Notes under the pieces: model-generated
The model's input: the letters and a program-made list of their open reading frames with translations, nothing else
What the model was told of the DNA's origin: nothing
The model's database searches: none
Shown here: in pieces, positions 7,733-17,366 of the stretch
How positions within the stretch are numbered: position 1 is the stretch's first letter
Layout: every line of letters begins with the position of its first letter
Source: an uncultured Gammaproteobacteria bacterium
GTDB lineage: Bacteria; Patescibacteriota; Microgenomatia; UBA10105; UBA927
DNA: 38,009 bases
Direction of reading: 5' to 3'
NCBI GenBank assembly: GCA_964429085.1
Contig: CAYSAP010000001.1
Location: forward strand, 2,448-40,456
Program-made: the position numbers and the translations under genes

Positions 7733-9982
7733 TTAGCGGTACCTGAGCCGCACATCATGCGTCCCGCCCGATACGGCAATACCCGTAAACAGATAATTAA
7801 CGGGAAACGCGCCGGACACGTTACCGTCTACCGTTACACGCCACCGGGCATCAAAACGGTTCAGAATAACCAGAAGCCGCGGGTTCGCTGTTATAACCCT
7901 GAGCCGTATCTCACTGGGCTGATACCTGATTATATCGACAGTTTCACTTGCCGCAAGCGGGATATTCATAATCGGTGCCTGGGCGTCTATGACGCCCGGA
8001 AGCGAGAGGCCTGCCGTAAAAAGGGCTGAAAGCGCATCAAGCGGTTTTTTTGCGATAATAATAGTGTCTGCCAGATACGCACGCGGCAGGCCCGGGGTAT
8101 ACTCATACACCCGCGTTTCCCCCTCTCTCATCACAAGACGTACATACGGCTTGGCAAGATCAGTGAGCGAGAGCACGTAGCGCACATTAAAGTACGGCAG
8201 CAACACCGAGTCGATATTGCGGGATGTATAAATCCGGTTATAGCCGGTCGGCCGTTTTAAATCCGCGCCGCCGCGCTCGCCTGCCACCAGAAAATTCTCA
8301 TACAGAAGCGGGGCAACCGGATCATATCCTTCAATCGTTTCTATACCGTAATACCCACTGACATTCGGAGGAAGTATGCGGTCATCCAGGGTCATTACCC
8401 GGAACGGTTTTTTTTGATGTACTAAAAACTCAATTGTTTTTGTCATGGGGAAAAAATACTCACGGGGGGTAAACGGCGTGAATTTCCATCCGAAACGGAA
8501 CAGATCAAATACAATAATACCGGCAAGCAGCCATATCCACGCCTGTCTTGCCGGCCCGGATTTCATCCTCCGGAATATGATAAACCAAACCATAGCCCCT
8601 GCAAAAAACGCAGACGGCAGGATTAAATTCCGCTTTGCTATGGCAAAGTTCTCCAGCGTGACCGGATCACGAACTATAAATAGAGCAGCATATACCGCAA
8701 CCCACAGCATAAGGAGTCCGGCGCCGAATATGAACACGCTGTGTAAAAATTTCTTCCCGTCCTTTTTCAGCAGATAATCCAACCCGAACGCAGCCAGCAC
8801 GGAAAGCGAAAAATCGACAACAATCATGAGGCGAGTCGGCTGCAGTACGGATAATAACGGGATATGCAGCGCAAACGGGACGCTGCTTACGGGGCTTTGC
8901 AGCATGAACACCAGGCTGACAAGCATCATAACGACAAAAAATCCCGGAACGCCCCCTGTAACGAACGCGCTCATGGCAAGAATAAGAGGTATGACGCCGA
9001 TATAGCCTATAAATTCACCGTAATTCCATATACCCCAGTAATTGAGCGTAGCAGGATTTCCGAAGAAATCCGGTGAGATAAATTGGATAAGATGCTGCCA
9101 GGGTAGAAACCACCCCGCCTGTTTCCATGACTCCGAGGCGGTAATGCGTCCGGAATCCGATAGAAACCGCACAAGAGGCACCCACTGGATTGCAGTCAGG
9201 ATACACGCCATACCTATCCCCAATGCCGCCCACCGGACAAGAGCGCGATTTTTTGACTGCTTCAGACGCCACAAAACATACACGAAGCTTACTCCGAGGA
9301 CATAAAACGCTACCTGGATGTGACCCGCCAGAACAGTCATCGCGACAGCCGCGGATAGCGCGGTACTCCACCGGAAATAGTACCCGCGCGGCTTTCGTAA
9401 AATAAACAGCATATCCACACAAAGCAGCAGCAATGGGAGCCAAAGAGCCGTGTGCACAATTGTTCCCCACGTGAGCCAGGAAACGGCGAATCCGCAAAAC
9501 GCCCATGCCGCCGCTCCGGTAAAAGAAGCAACATCAGATACGCCAAGCCTCCGTATGTACAGAAAGAAAAAAATACCGGCAAGAAGCGGTTGAAGAATGA
9601 TAAGAATCGTCCACGCCACAGGAAAATCAAAGAGAAAAAACAGCAGATTCAACGGATAATATGACGCAGCCTGTATGTTGGCGTCAAGCGGCACCCCGGC
9701 AAACGAGTACGGATTCCACCCGGGACGGGCTCCCATTTTCCAGGAATCAATAACGATTTTCCTCCAGGGAATTTGTTGACGCACCGGATCAGTGATAAGA
9801 AAATTCTTAAACGGTACGCCCCGTGGGTATTCCCCTGCAAATGCATCGCGCCAAGGGTGATACAGGCCTACCAGGGTATCGGATGGCACCGGAAGCTTCC
9901 GGTACAGCAGTGTCTGGTAAAAAAATCCCAGCACCAGCAGGACAAACACCGGCAACAATACCCATATCCGTATACGCTTCAT
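7733..9982 (-). CDS. YfhO-family-like polytopic membrane protein (GT-C candidate)
   Basis: 749 aa with many TM segments. N-terminal ..LVGLYHPWRDAFAGEY..FLITDPVRQQIPW.. and C-terminal ..NVRYVL..GLPRAYL..RFDARWRVTVDGN..GGTHDVRLRY match the YfhO-type architecture. It is a paralog of 11032-13341 and 3-497. Confidence 0.75.
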   Translation of the reverse strand: MKRIRIWVLLPVFVLLVLGFFYQTLLYRKLPVPSDTLVGLYHPWRDAFAGEYPRGVPFKNFLITDPVRQQIPWRKIVIDSWKMGARPGWNPYSFAGVPLDANIQAASYYPLNLLFFLFDFPVAWTILIILQPLLAGIFFFLYIRRLGVSDVASFTGAAAWAFCGFAVSWLTWGTIVHTALWLPLLLLCVDMLFILRKPRGYYFRWSTALSAAVAMTVLAGHIQVAFYVLGVSFVYVLWRLKQSKNRALVRWAALGIGMACILTAIQWVPLVRFLSDSGRITASESWKQAGWFLPWQHLIQFISPDFFGNPATLNYWGIWNYGEFIGYIGVIPLILAMSAFVTGGVPGFFVVMMLVSLVFMLQSPVSSVPFALHIPLLSVLQPTRLMIVVDFSLSVLAAFGLDYLLKKDGKKFLHSVFIFGAGLLMLWVAVYAALFIVRDPVTLENFAIAKRNLILPSAFFAGAMVWFIIFRRMKSGPARQAWIWLLAGIIVFDLFRFGWKFTPFTPREYFFPMTKTIEFLVHQKKPFRVMTLDDRILPPNVSGYYGIETIEGYDPVAPLLYENFLVAGERGGADLKRPTGYNRIYTSRNIDSVLLPYFNVRYVLSLTDLAKPYVRLVMREGETRVYEYTPGLPRAYLADTIIIAKKPLDALSALFTAGLSLPGVIDAQAPIMNIPLAASETVDIIRYQPSEIRLRVITANPRLLVILNRFDARWRVTVDGNVSGAFPVNYLFTGIAVSGGTHDVRLRYR

Positions 9983-9985
9983 ACA

Positions 9986-11035
9986 TTATTTGAGACCCGC
10001 AATCAGCGCATCAAATGCTCTGGTAAAATGTGTGTCGGAAAACTCTTCGGCCCGTGCTATTGCCGCTTGCGAAAAATCAGCATATTTCTTTGTATCAGCG
10101 GCAAGCATATTCGTTTTCTCTATCAATTCGTCCGGTGTGTGCCATATCAGGCCGTTTACTCCGTCGGAAACAATTTCCAACTGCCCGCCGGCCGCAAACA
10201 CGAGCGGCACGACACCCGCGCTCATCGCTTCTGCGGTCGTAATACCGAAATGCTCCATCTGAACGGGATTGCTTTCCCCGTAGCCTGCAGCATGCCAATA
10301 CAGCATGCTTGTCTGATACAACGAAATCAGCTCGTCATTGGTAATATTCGGCATGAGCCGGACATGTATTCCTGACACCATCTTCGAAAGCGAGTCAAAG
10401 TACGCCTGATCAGAAGGAATAAGCCCGCCGGCAAGAATGAGCTCCCAGCCCTTCAGCAAACCGTCTTCAACCGCTTTCGTAAAGGCCTTGATAAGCACGT
10501 CCTGTTTCTTCGCCTGGAAATATCCTGTAAACCGGCCCACGGACAGGATGTGCTTCTTTTTTTCTTTCTGCGGTGTTGCGGGCACCTGCTGTACCGGCGG
10601 GTATATCACAACTGCACGGCCGCCTAACTGCGGATCCAGCTCGCTTTTCGTAAAAACAGAATTACACACAATTGCGTCATACCGCTTGCGCTTCCACGGA
10701 TCGGCCAACACCGACGCAAACGGCACCTGAAAATGCAGAATATTATGCGTAGCCAGTGTCGCCGGTATGCTGCCGTCGCTTAAGAAGAATATCAGATCAT
10801 ATGTTCGACTCCCCAGCAGTTTTCCGAAAATGTTTTCATTCTTAAACAAATTCGGCACCACGCGCACTCGGGCTAGATCTATACCAAACCGTTTCTCTGA
10901 CAAGCCGACAATATTCGGATCATCCCAAAAAAGTACAACTTCGTGGGTTTTAGACCAATGACTAGCCAAAGTCAGCGTGTACCGTTCGCCTCCTCCCAAG
11001 CCATCGAAATACGGATTGTAAAAACCTATTTTCAT
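9986..11035 (-). CDS. GT4-family (GT-B, 'group 1') glycosyltransferase
   Basis: The EX7E-type motif EHFGITTAEAMSAGVVPLVFAAGGQLEIV is present, with N-terminal MKIGFYNPYFDGLGGGERYT. An AAGGAAG Shine-Dalgarno lies upstream. The start forms an ATGA overlap with the upstream stop. Confidence 0.85.
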   Translation of the reverse strand: MKIGFYNPYFDGLGGGERYTLTLASHWSKTHEVVLFWDDPNIVGLSEKRFGIDLARVRVVPNLFKNENIFGKLLGSRTYDLIFFLSDGSIPATLATHNILHFQVPFASVLADPWKRKRYDAIVCNSVFTKSELDPQLGGRAVVIYPPVQQVPATPQKEKKKHILSVGRFTGYFQAKKQDVLIKAFTKAVEDGLLKGWELILAGGLIPSDQAYFDSLSKMVSGIHVRLMPNITNDELISLYQTSMLYWHAAGYGESNPVQMEHFGITTAEAMSAGVVPLVFAAGGQLEIVSDGVNGLIWHTPDELIEKTNMLAADTKKYADFSQAAIARAEEFSDTHFTRAFDALIAGLK

Positions 11036-13341
11036 TGCTTCCTTTTCTTAAAAAGAAATGCTGCCAATATCAGTGTAGCAAATCCGGATATCAGCAGTCC
11101 GAGCCGGAAACTGACCGGCCGGTACTGCATACGCACGGTGTGTGTGCCTGAAGGCACCGCAACTGCACGAAAATCGAAATCAGCACGCAGAAGTTCTGCC
11201 GGCGTGCCGTCAACAGACGCCCGCCAGCCGGAATCATAGACGTCAGACAGGAATAACAGCTTCGGTACGTCAGACATTGTCTGGATTGCAATATCAGTCG
11301 TCCGGTACGAAGAAATAGTAGCGCTTCCCGATCCTGCTTGCGGATCAAATGCGGGTTTATGCTCAAGCACGATTGTTTCCCGCATGTTCAGGTCCTTTGC
11401 CGTTAACTGATCAAGTATTTCCTGTTCGCTTCCGGCAAGCGAATAGGCTGATGCCAAAAACATCCGCGGTAGACTGACTGTATTTTCTATAATTTCAAAA
11501 TGTTCATCTTCCCATATGCGATTGTATTGCGGCAATTCCCAGAACGGATAGGCCCATGGAAATCTGCCGTCACTTTTCTTGTGCGCATAATACCGTACAC
11601 CGAGCAACTGAAGCCATCGTTCCGAATAGTCGCCGTGCTTATCAAATACAACAACGGATCTGTCTACATCACGCGTCTTTCCGAAAGATGCCGCAGATAT
11701 AAATTTACCGTACCGGTATTGATATACGGCATCATATCCCTCAATAAGGGATAACCCGAATGCAGAACCGGCCTCGTTACCGATATTCCCAAACACCCGG
11801 CTGTTATCTGATGCCGTCAGTGACTGTAATTTCGTAATCACCGGCAATTGCGGATATACATATGATGACGGATCAAAGGGCATCCATTTCGATGCAAACC
11901 TATATACATCGACTGATGTCATCGCAATCAGAACAAACGGCAGCAGTACCAGCAACCGCTTCGGTACGAAAAATCCCGTCACAAAAACTGTAAACGTCAG
12001 AACTGCCAGACCCGTAGGTAGATACGAATTCCGGACGGCGACCGACAATTTATCAGGAGGCAGCGGACGGACTATCAAGAGTATCACCCACAATGCTGCA
12101 ATCAGCAGACACATACCCAATACACGAAGCCGTATCTGTTTCCACGCCCGTTTTTCCCACGCCTCCTGCAGCACATCAAATCCGAAACCGGCAAGCGTTG
12201 CCAGCGAAAAACTCATAAGCATGACAATCCGTGAAGCGGAACTCGTTGAAAGAACCGGAATTCTGAGTGCAAAAAGCAGATCAATTAACGGAGTCTGAAA
12301 CGCCAATACCAGGGAACAGAGCGCCATCACGGTGAAAAAAACCGCGTGGTCCGCTTTCTTCCTGATGCGCAGTGCGAACAAAGAAAGCAGCAGCGGAGCG
12401 ACCCCGATATAACTTGCCCACTCGGCATAGTGTCCGAACCAGTCATTTCGGGTTACCGGATTCCCGTAAAAATCAGGAGAAAACAGCGTGGGGATATATT
12501 GCCACGGAATAACTTCTCCTTTGAGGAACAAGCTGCTTCTTACCGCATTCGAGTAAGACACAAAACCCGGCAGGATCTGAAACGCCGCCAAACAGACACC
12601 GAGGAACACAAAAAAAACGGAAAGCAGTGCCGTCTTCTTTCCTGTAAAACGTGCCCGGTAGATACCGAAACAAAAGGCATAGAGAAGCACGTACAGGCTC
12701 ATCTGAAAATGGCCGGACACAAACGAAAGCCCCGTGCCGATAGCTACAATAAAAGCCGCCCATATGTTCTTGTTTTGCATAAACGTATTCATCGCGTACA
12801 GAATAAGCGGCAAAAAGAGCACGGCATACCCTAATGTCCCGTATGCCATCCAGACGACGATGAAGCCGGAGAACATAAACGCCAGCGCGCCGATTATACT
12901 TCCTGCTCTGCTCATTTTGAGGGAACGGAGAAACAGCAGCATAAACAATCCGGCCAGCACCGGCTGCAGCAGGATCATCAGACTCCATGCGTGTATTTCC
13001 GGCAGCAGGAAAAACAACGCATTCACCGGAGAAAATACCGCGCTCTGGTAGTTGCCTACGTGACTCGTACCCGAAAAACTATACGGATTCCAAAGTGGGA
13101 TCTCACCATGCTTCCATGCATCCACGGTTACACGTTTCCACGGATATATCTGCGTTATAACATCCGGCATCGCATTATTCTTTACCGGCATGCCGTAACT
13201 ATTACTCCAGGGCGCAAAAAATGTAACTAAGTACGTTGATGGAAACGGTATCAACCCCTTCCCCCAATACGGAAAGGCAAAAAGAAGCCAGAGTGCCACA
13301 ATAATTCCTGCCGGCCACAAACGCTGAAGTAATTTTTTCAT
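11032..13341 (-). CDS. YfhO-family-like polytopic membrane protein (GT-C candidate)
   Basis: 769 aa and polytopic. The C-terminal ..LGVRYYA..SLPRMFL..DVYDSGWRASVDGTP..SGTHTVRMQYRP plus a terminal TM mirror the other two YfhO-like tails. Confidence 0.75.
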   Translation of the reverse strand: MKKLLQRLWPAGIIVALWLLFAFPYWGKGLIPFPSTYLVTFFAPWSNSYGMPVKNNAMPDVITQIYPWKRVTVDAWKHGEIPLWNPYSFSGTSHVGNYQSAVFSPVNALFFLLPEIHAWSLMILLQPVLAGLFMLLFLRSLKMSRAGSIIGALAFMFSGFIVVWMAYGTLGYAVLFLPLILYAMNTFMQNKNIWAAFIVAIGTGLSFVSGHFQMSLYVLLYAFCFGIYRARFTGKKTALLSVFFVFLGVCLAAFQILPGFVSYSNAVRSSLFLKGEVIPWQYIPTLFSPDFYGNPVTRNDWFGHYAEWASYIGVAPLLLSLFALRIRKKADHAVFFTVMALCSLVLAFQTPLIDLLFALRIPVLSTSSASRIVMLMSFSLATLAGFGFDVLQEAWEKRAWKQIRLRVLGMCLLIAALWVILLIVRPLPPDKLSVAVRNSYLPTGLAVLTFTVFVTGFFVPKRLLVLLPFVLIAMTSVDVYRFASKWMPFDPSSYVYPQLPVITKLQSLTASDNSRVFGNIGNEAGSAFGLSLIEGYDAVYQYRYGKFISAASFGKTRDVDRSVVVFDKHGDYSERWLQLLGVRYYAHKKSDGRFPWAYPFWELPQYNRIWEDEHFEIIENTVSLPRMFLASAYSLAGSEQEILDQLTAKDLNMRETIVLEHKPAFDPQAGSGSATISSYRTTDIAIQTMSDVPKLLFLSDVYDSGWRASVDGTPAELLRADFDFRAVAVPSGTHTVRMQYRPVSFRLGLLISGFATLILAAFLFKKRKQ

Positions 13342-13350
13342 CCCGTTACA

Positions 13351-14121
13351 CTACAGATGTTTCTTATTTTTTTGCTGTAATTCCCAAAGTTTTGAGTAGG
13401 TGATAAACATCGAAAATCCCTGATACATGCTTTCAATCCAGCCGACCGTTCCGGCGCGCCACCCGCCCTGCCGGATATATGAAGCCCAAAATCCCGTCAA
13501 TACGACCCGCAGTATCCGCCACCACGTAATCGCAGGGTGATCTGTTTTAAGCCGGAGAGTAGCTTCCGACTGACTCCATTCATTTGTTTTTGTCACCATT
13601 TCTTTGAGTGTTCTATGCGTATCATGCAGAAGATCTCCTGTAATCCTGCCGGTTTCTCCCGAAATTATCGGTGTTTCATGAAGTGTTCCGCGCCACTCTT
13701 TAAACGCATCCCGGCGGAACAACCGGAGCATCCATTCCCGTGCCGGCCAAAGCACGCCTAAATAATAATTTTTCCGGTGAATTTCAAATCCTGTTTCTTT
13801 TCCCGTATATCCGGAGGTAATTTTCTGCTGTATAGAGGCGGCGAGCTCCGGGGTTACAATCTCGTCCGCATCCACATACAATATCCACTCGCCGGTTGCT
13901 TCTGCCGCTGCGATATTACGGAGTTTTGCAAAATCCCCTGAGTGGAATGACCGCACTAACGCACCTTTTGCTTTTGCCACCACCGCAGTATCATCTTCAG
14001 AACTATTATCAAGGACAATGAGTTCATCCGCAAATGTAACGGCATCGAGACATTTCCCGATACGGGCTTCTTCATTTTTGGCTATGACGATGACACTAAT
14101 CAGCGGCTTTTTTCGGTTCAT
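13351..14121 (-). CDS. GT2-family glycosyltransferase (WaaE/KdtX-like architecture with a helical C-terminal extension)
   Basis: LISVIVIAKNEEARIGKCLDAV..ELIVLDNSSEDDT..ILYVDADE. I chose ATG 14121 (MNRKKP..) because a GGGGGAAG Shine-Dalgarno precedes it. The longest ORF extends to 14154. It is a paralog of 15013-15918. Confidence 0.8.
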   Translation of the reverse strand: MNRKKPLISVIVIAKNEEARIGKCLDAVTFADELIVLDNSSEDDTAVVAKAKGALVRSFHSGDFAKLRNIAAAEATGEWILYVDADEIVTPELAASIQQKITSGYTGKETGFEIHRKNYYLGVLWPAREWMLRLFRRDAFKEWRGTLHETPIISGETGRITGDLLHDTHRTLKEMVTKTNEWSQSEATLRLKTDHPAITWWRILRVVLTGFWASYIRQGGWRAGTVGWIESMYQGFSMFITYSKLWELQQKNKKHL

Positions 14122-15016
14122 ATTGCTTCCCCCATCTGCCGCAGAATGCATCAATAACTGCCTTACGTTTTTCCGAATTTCCCATACGTGCCAACCGCAC
14201 TGCTTCCCGTAGAAGGGCTACCTTGGTACGAAACGGCGCATACCGTAACCCGACCAATAATCTGTTCCGCGTGATGTAGTAATCATGAATAGGGTTCCCT
14301 GCGCCTCCCGATGAACCGGCGTTTACATGCCAAATCACGGATTTGGGATAGTACATCAGGCGGAAACCGGCCGCCTTAGCGCGAAGCCCGTAATCCAGAT
14401 CCTCCAGATACAGGTAAAATTTATCATCCAGGAAGCCGATTTGTTCTATCACATCCCGTCGGATCATCATGGAGCAGCCCGTAACAAACGGTGTTTCCAT
14501 GACCTCATCGTATTGTCCCGCATCAACTTCGTCGACACCCCGATGACTCGCATACATATTACTCCAGTCGATACGCCCTCCGGCATACCAAAAAACTCTA
14601 CCTAATTCTTTTTTTGCATACCGGTTTTTATGGTATTCGTGTCCGGGAGCGAAATAAATCTTGGACCCTGCTATTCCGACCCGCGTATCTCGGAATGCTT
14701 CAACAAGTGACAGCGCGCCAGAATCGACGACCGTATCATTGTTTAACAACCACAGATAGTCCGCCCCGCGGGCCATAGCGTACCGTATACCTGTGTTATT
14801 GCCGCCGGTAAACCCTACATTTTTATCGAGCGCCAGTATAGTAACGTTAGGAAATTCGGCAGATATGTTAGAAACTGAACCATCCGTTGAGCCGTTATCT
14901 ACTACAACGGTCTCGAGGGCCACTCCTTTAGTATTCATGCGCTGTATCGAGGCTAAGCTCGCGCCCGTATCACGGCTCCCGTTCCAGTTGACCATAACGA
15001 GCATAATTTTTTTCAT
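14096..15016 (-). CDS. GT2-family glycosyltransferase (rhamnosyltransferase-like subgroup)
   Basis: MLVMVNWNG..VVVDNGSTDGS..LLNNDT..FYLYLEDLDYGLRAKAAGF. Start ATG 15016 forms an ATGA overlap with the upstream stop. The longest ORF extends to 15052. Confidence 0.85.
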   Translation of the reverse strand: MKKIMLVMVNWNGSRDTGASLASIQRMNTKGVALETVVVDNGSTDGSVSNISAEFPNVTILALDKNVGFTGGNNTGIRYAMARGADYLWLLNNDTVVDSGALSLVEAFRDTRVGIAGSKIYFAPGHEYHKNRYAKKELGRVFWYAGGRIDWSNMYASHRGVDEVDAGQYDEVMETPFVTGCSMMIRRDVIEQIGFLDDKFYLYLEDLDYGLRAKAAGFRLMYYPKSVIWHVNAGSSGGAGNPIHDYYITRNRLLVGLRYAPFRTKVALLREAVRLARMGNSEKRKAVIDAFCGRWGKQYEPKKAAD

Positions 15017-15918
15017 GATGAATGCAACATTCTGCGGAGTAATTTCTGCCACATTCTGGATAACGGGTTTTTCGCTTCACGCATTTTAACCGTCGCCACC
15101 CAGTATGCCGTTTCCCGCCCGGTTTTCTCAATTTCTCCGAGCGCGTGAGACGGGGCTATATCGATCTCGCGGAATTTTTCTTTTTCCCAAAGCTTCACAA
15201 AAATAATAAACGAATAAAATGCCTGAAGGATTGCGAGCACCAGTCCATGTAATCCGTCTTTATACCCGCTTTGAGCAAAATATAATTTAATAAAATCCGA
15301 CACGGGAAATCGTATGGCATCGCGCCAACTAATCCGATACCCCGAAGATACATACTTTTGGACTTCGCTTTCGGTATAAATACGATGCATTTTCTCCAGA
15401 TACTGACTGAGCGTGTCGTAGTTATAGTGAACATACGCGTTTTCCAGCGTTCCCGTAGGACCACTCACTTCCAGATACTCGTGAACATGGCTTTCGGGAT
15501 ACGTACCTGTTCCTTTTTTAAACAACCGGAGCTGTCGGTCTGGCCACCATATGCCATGACGGATCCAGCGGCCGAAAATAATATTTTTTCGCGGAATCCA
15601 GTACCCGCTCACATCCGGCGCTGCAATACATTTTTTAATTTCACCAGCTAATTCGACCGGGATTTCCTCGTCGTCGTCGAGGCAGAGTATCCAATCGCCT
15701 GAAGCCTTGGTAAATCCGTAGTTTTTATTAACATTGAGCATGAGATTGTTCGGACGGATATAGACCTTTGCCCCAAACTCTCGGGCTACGTCAGACGTAG
15801 TATCCGTTGAACCGTTATCTATAACGATAATTTCGTTTGCCAATTTTTTGAGCGAGGTAATTGTACGGGTTAAACTATCGGCACGATTATAGGTACTGAT
15901 AACCACACTGAGCTTCAT
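15013..15918 (-). CDS. GT2-family glycosyltransferase (WaaE/KdtX-like architecture)
   Basis: KLSVVISTYNRADSL..IIVIDNGSTDTT..ILCLDDDE. The C-terminal helical region parallels that of 13351-14121. An ATGA overlap joins it to the flippase stop. Confidence 0.85.
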   Translation of the reverse strand: MKLSVVISTYNRADSLTRTITSLKKLANEIIVIDNGSTDTTSDVAREFGAKVYIRPNNLMLNVNKNYGFTKASGDWILCLDDDEEIPVELAGEIKKCIAAPDVSGYWIPRKNIIFGRWIRHGIWWPDRQLRLFKKGTGTYPESHVHEYLEVSGPTGTLENAYVHYNYDTLSQYLEKMHRIYTESEVQKYVSSGYRISWRDAIRFPVSDFIKLYFAQSGYKDGLHGLVLAILQAFYSFIIFVKLWEKEKFREIDIAPSHALGEIEKTGRETAYWVATVKMREAKNPLSRMWQKLLRRMLHSS

Positions 15919-17366
15919 TGTGTACTCCTTCGGATTGTCGCTATAAATGCCTGAATCCTGTTTCTCTCAAGCATGTACAACACACACGCGTATAGTATAA
16001 CGCCGGTACCCCCAACCGCAAAAAGCCATGGATAGGTATGGGGGGTGAAAAAAAGAAATGCAGCGTACATCCCTCCCTGAACAAAGGCAGCAATAGCTGG
16101 CCCCCGGACGTTTGAAAAAAACGAAAAATCTGCGATACGTTTAGTTACCCGAACAACAAAATAGAGCGACCCGGAGATAAATAATAAAGCTAACGCCACG
16201 CCGTTAAAACCAAAAAACTGAAGTAACACCACGGTAAGCACCCACGTACTCACCGTCCAGCCTACCATAAATTTCAGGGTCGTACGGATATTTCCTACGG
16301 CATTTAATGCATTCATGAGCGGGGTAGACAATGCGGCAAGCGCTGAGGAAAAAATAAATAAGTTAAATGATATCAATGCGGGTTCCCATTTGCTGTATTT
16401 GGGAATTATTTGTACCATGGGCTGCATAAAAAAAAGCAAACCTGAGGAAATCGGCAACATTGCAGCCGACAATCCAAACAATGTCATATCGATCGCTTTT
16501 ACTAACAATTTCTTATCATGCTGCAGTCTGGAATATGCAGGAAATGTCACTCGTATCACGCTGTCCATAATAAGCCGCAGCGGGACTTCTGCCCATTTTT
16601 TTGCCCATCCTATATATCCCACTTCGGCAAACGGCAACACCCTGCCTAAAAACACAGTTAATAGATCGTCCTTGAGCAAAGCCAAAAAGGAATTCAACTG
16701 GAACGGAAGGCCAAATGACATAAGTTTTTTGGCACTTGCCCGCGAGACGACCAGCGAAGGAATCCATGGCTCAACAATATACATGGTGACAAGCCCCAAT
16801 ACACCTCTCACGAGCACGGCCCATGTAAAGCTGGTAATACCCCCGCCGTTCCAAGCCAGATATACCGCAACGCTATAAAATCCTACTGTTTCAACTATAT
16901 GAGGTATCACGAGACGGTCGAATGCCAATCTGCGTTCCAGGAGTACGGATGGGATTGTTTTGAGAGAAGAGAGAAAAAATGAAACAGCGAGCGCGCGAAA
17001 TAGCCAGACCCCAGCCATATCCAAACGGTAGAATGCGGCAATAGGCCCGGAAAATCCCAACGACAAGGAAACAAGAACCACAACTAATAATTGCTGGATG
17101 ACAAACGTCGTTGCAAGATCCTCACGGGTTACTGCTTCTTTTTTTTGCACTAACGCAGCTGCCAAGCCGATATCGGAAAAATACCCCAAAAAAGAAATAA
17201 TTGCGGAAACCACATAAAAAATTCCGAATGTTTCGGGATTCAAAAATAACGTCAACAAAAACGTCGCGCCAAAGGCGACAATCTGCAGGAGGAAGGTGCG
17301 CGCGGTAAGCGCTACTACACCCACAACAGAACGCCGCTTAATGAGTTCTATATCAATGTCTGCCAT
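15915..17366 (-). CDS. Wzx-like polysaccharide/oligosaccharide flippase (MOP superfamily)
   Basis: The protein has about 12-14 hydrophobic segments. The N-terminal LIKRRSVVGVVALTARTFLLQIVAFGATFLLTLFLNPETFGIFYV...GLAAALVQKK is typical of the Polysacc_synt family. ATG 17366 is preceded by a GGAGGAG Shine-Dalgarno. The longest ORF extends to 17420. Confidence 0.75.
   Translation of the reverse strand: MADIDIELIKRRSVVGVVALTARTFLLQIVAFGATFLLTLFLNPETFGIFYVVSAIISFLGYFSDIGLAAALVQKKEAVTREDLATTFVIQQLLVVVLVSLSLGFSGPIAAFYRLDMAGVWLFRALAVSFFLSSLKTIPSVLLERRLAFDRLVIPHIVETVGFYSVAVYLAWNGGGITSFTWAVLVRGVLGLVTMYIVEPWIPSLVVSRASAKKLMSFGLPFQLNSFLALLKDDLLTVFLGRVLPFAEVGYIGWAKKWAEVPLRLIMDSVIRVTFPAYSRLQHDKKLLVKAIDMTLFGLSAAMLPISSGLLFFMQPMVQIIPKYSKWEPALISFNLFIFSSALAALSTPLMNALNAVGNIRTTLKFMVGWTVSTWVLTVVLLQFFGFNGVALALLFISGSLYFVVRVTKRIADFSFFSNVRGPAIAAFVQGGMYAAFLFFTPHTYPWLFAVGGTGVILYACVLYMLERNRIQAFIATIRRSTQ

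Noticed and set aside
16315-16878. 187-aa ORF on the + strand inside the flippase gene
   Set aside because: It is antisense to the 15915-17366 MOP flippase and has no recognisable domain, so it is a shadow ORF.
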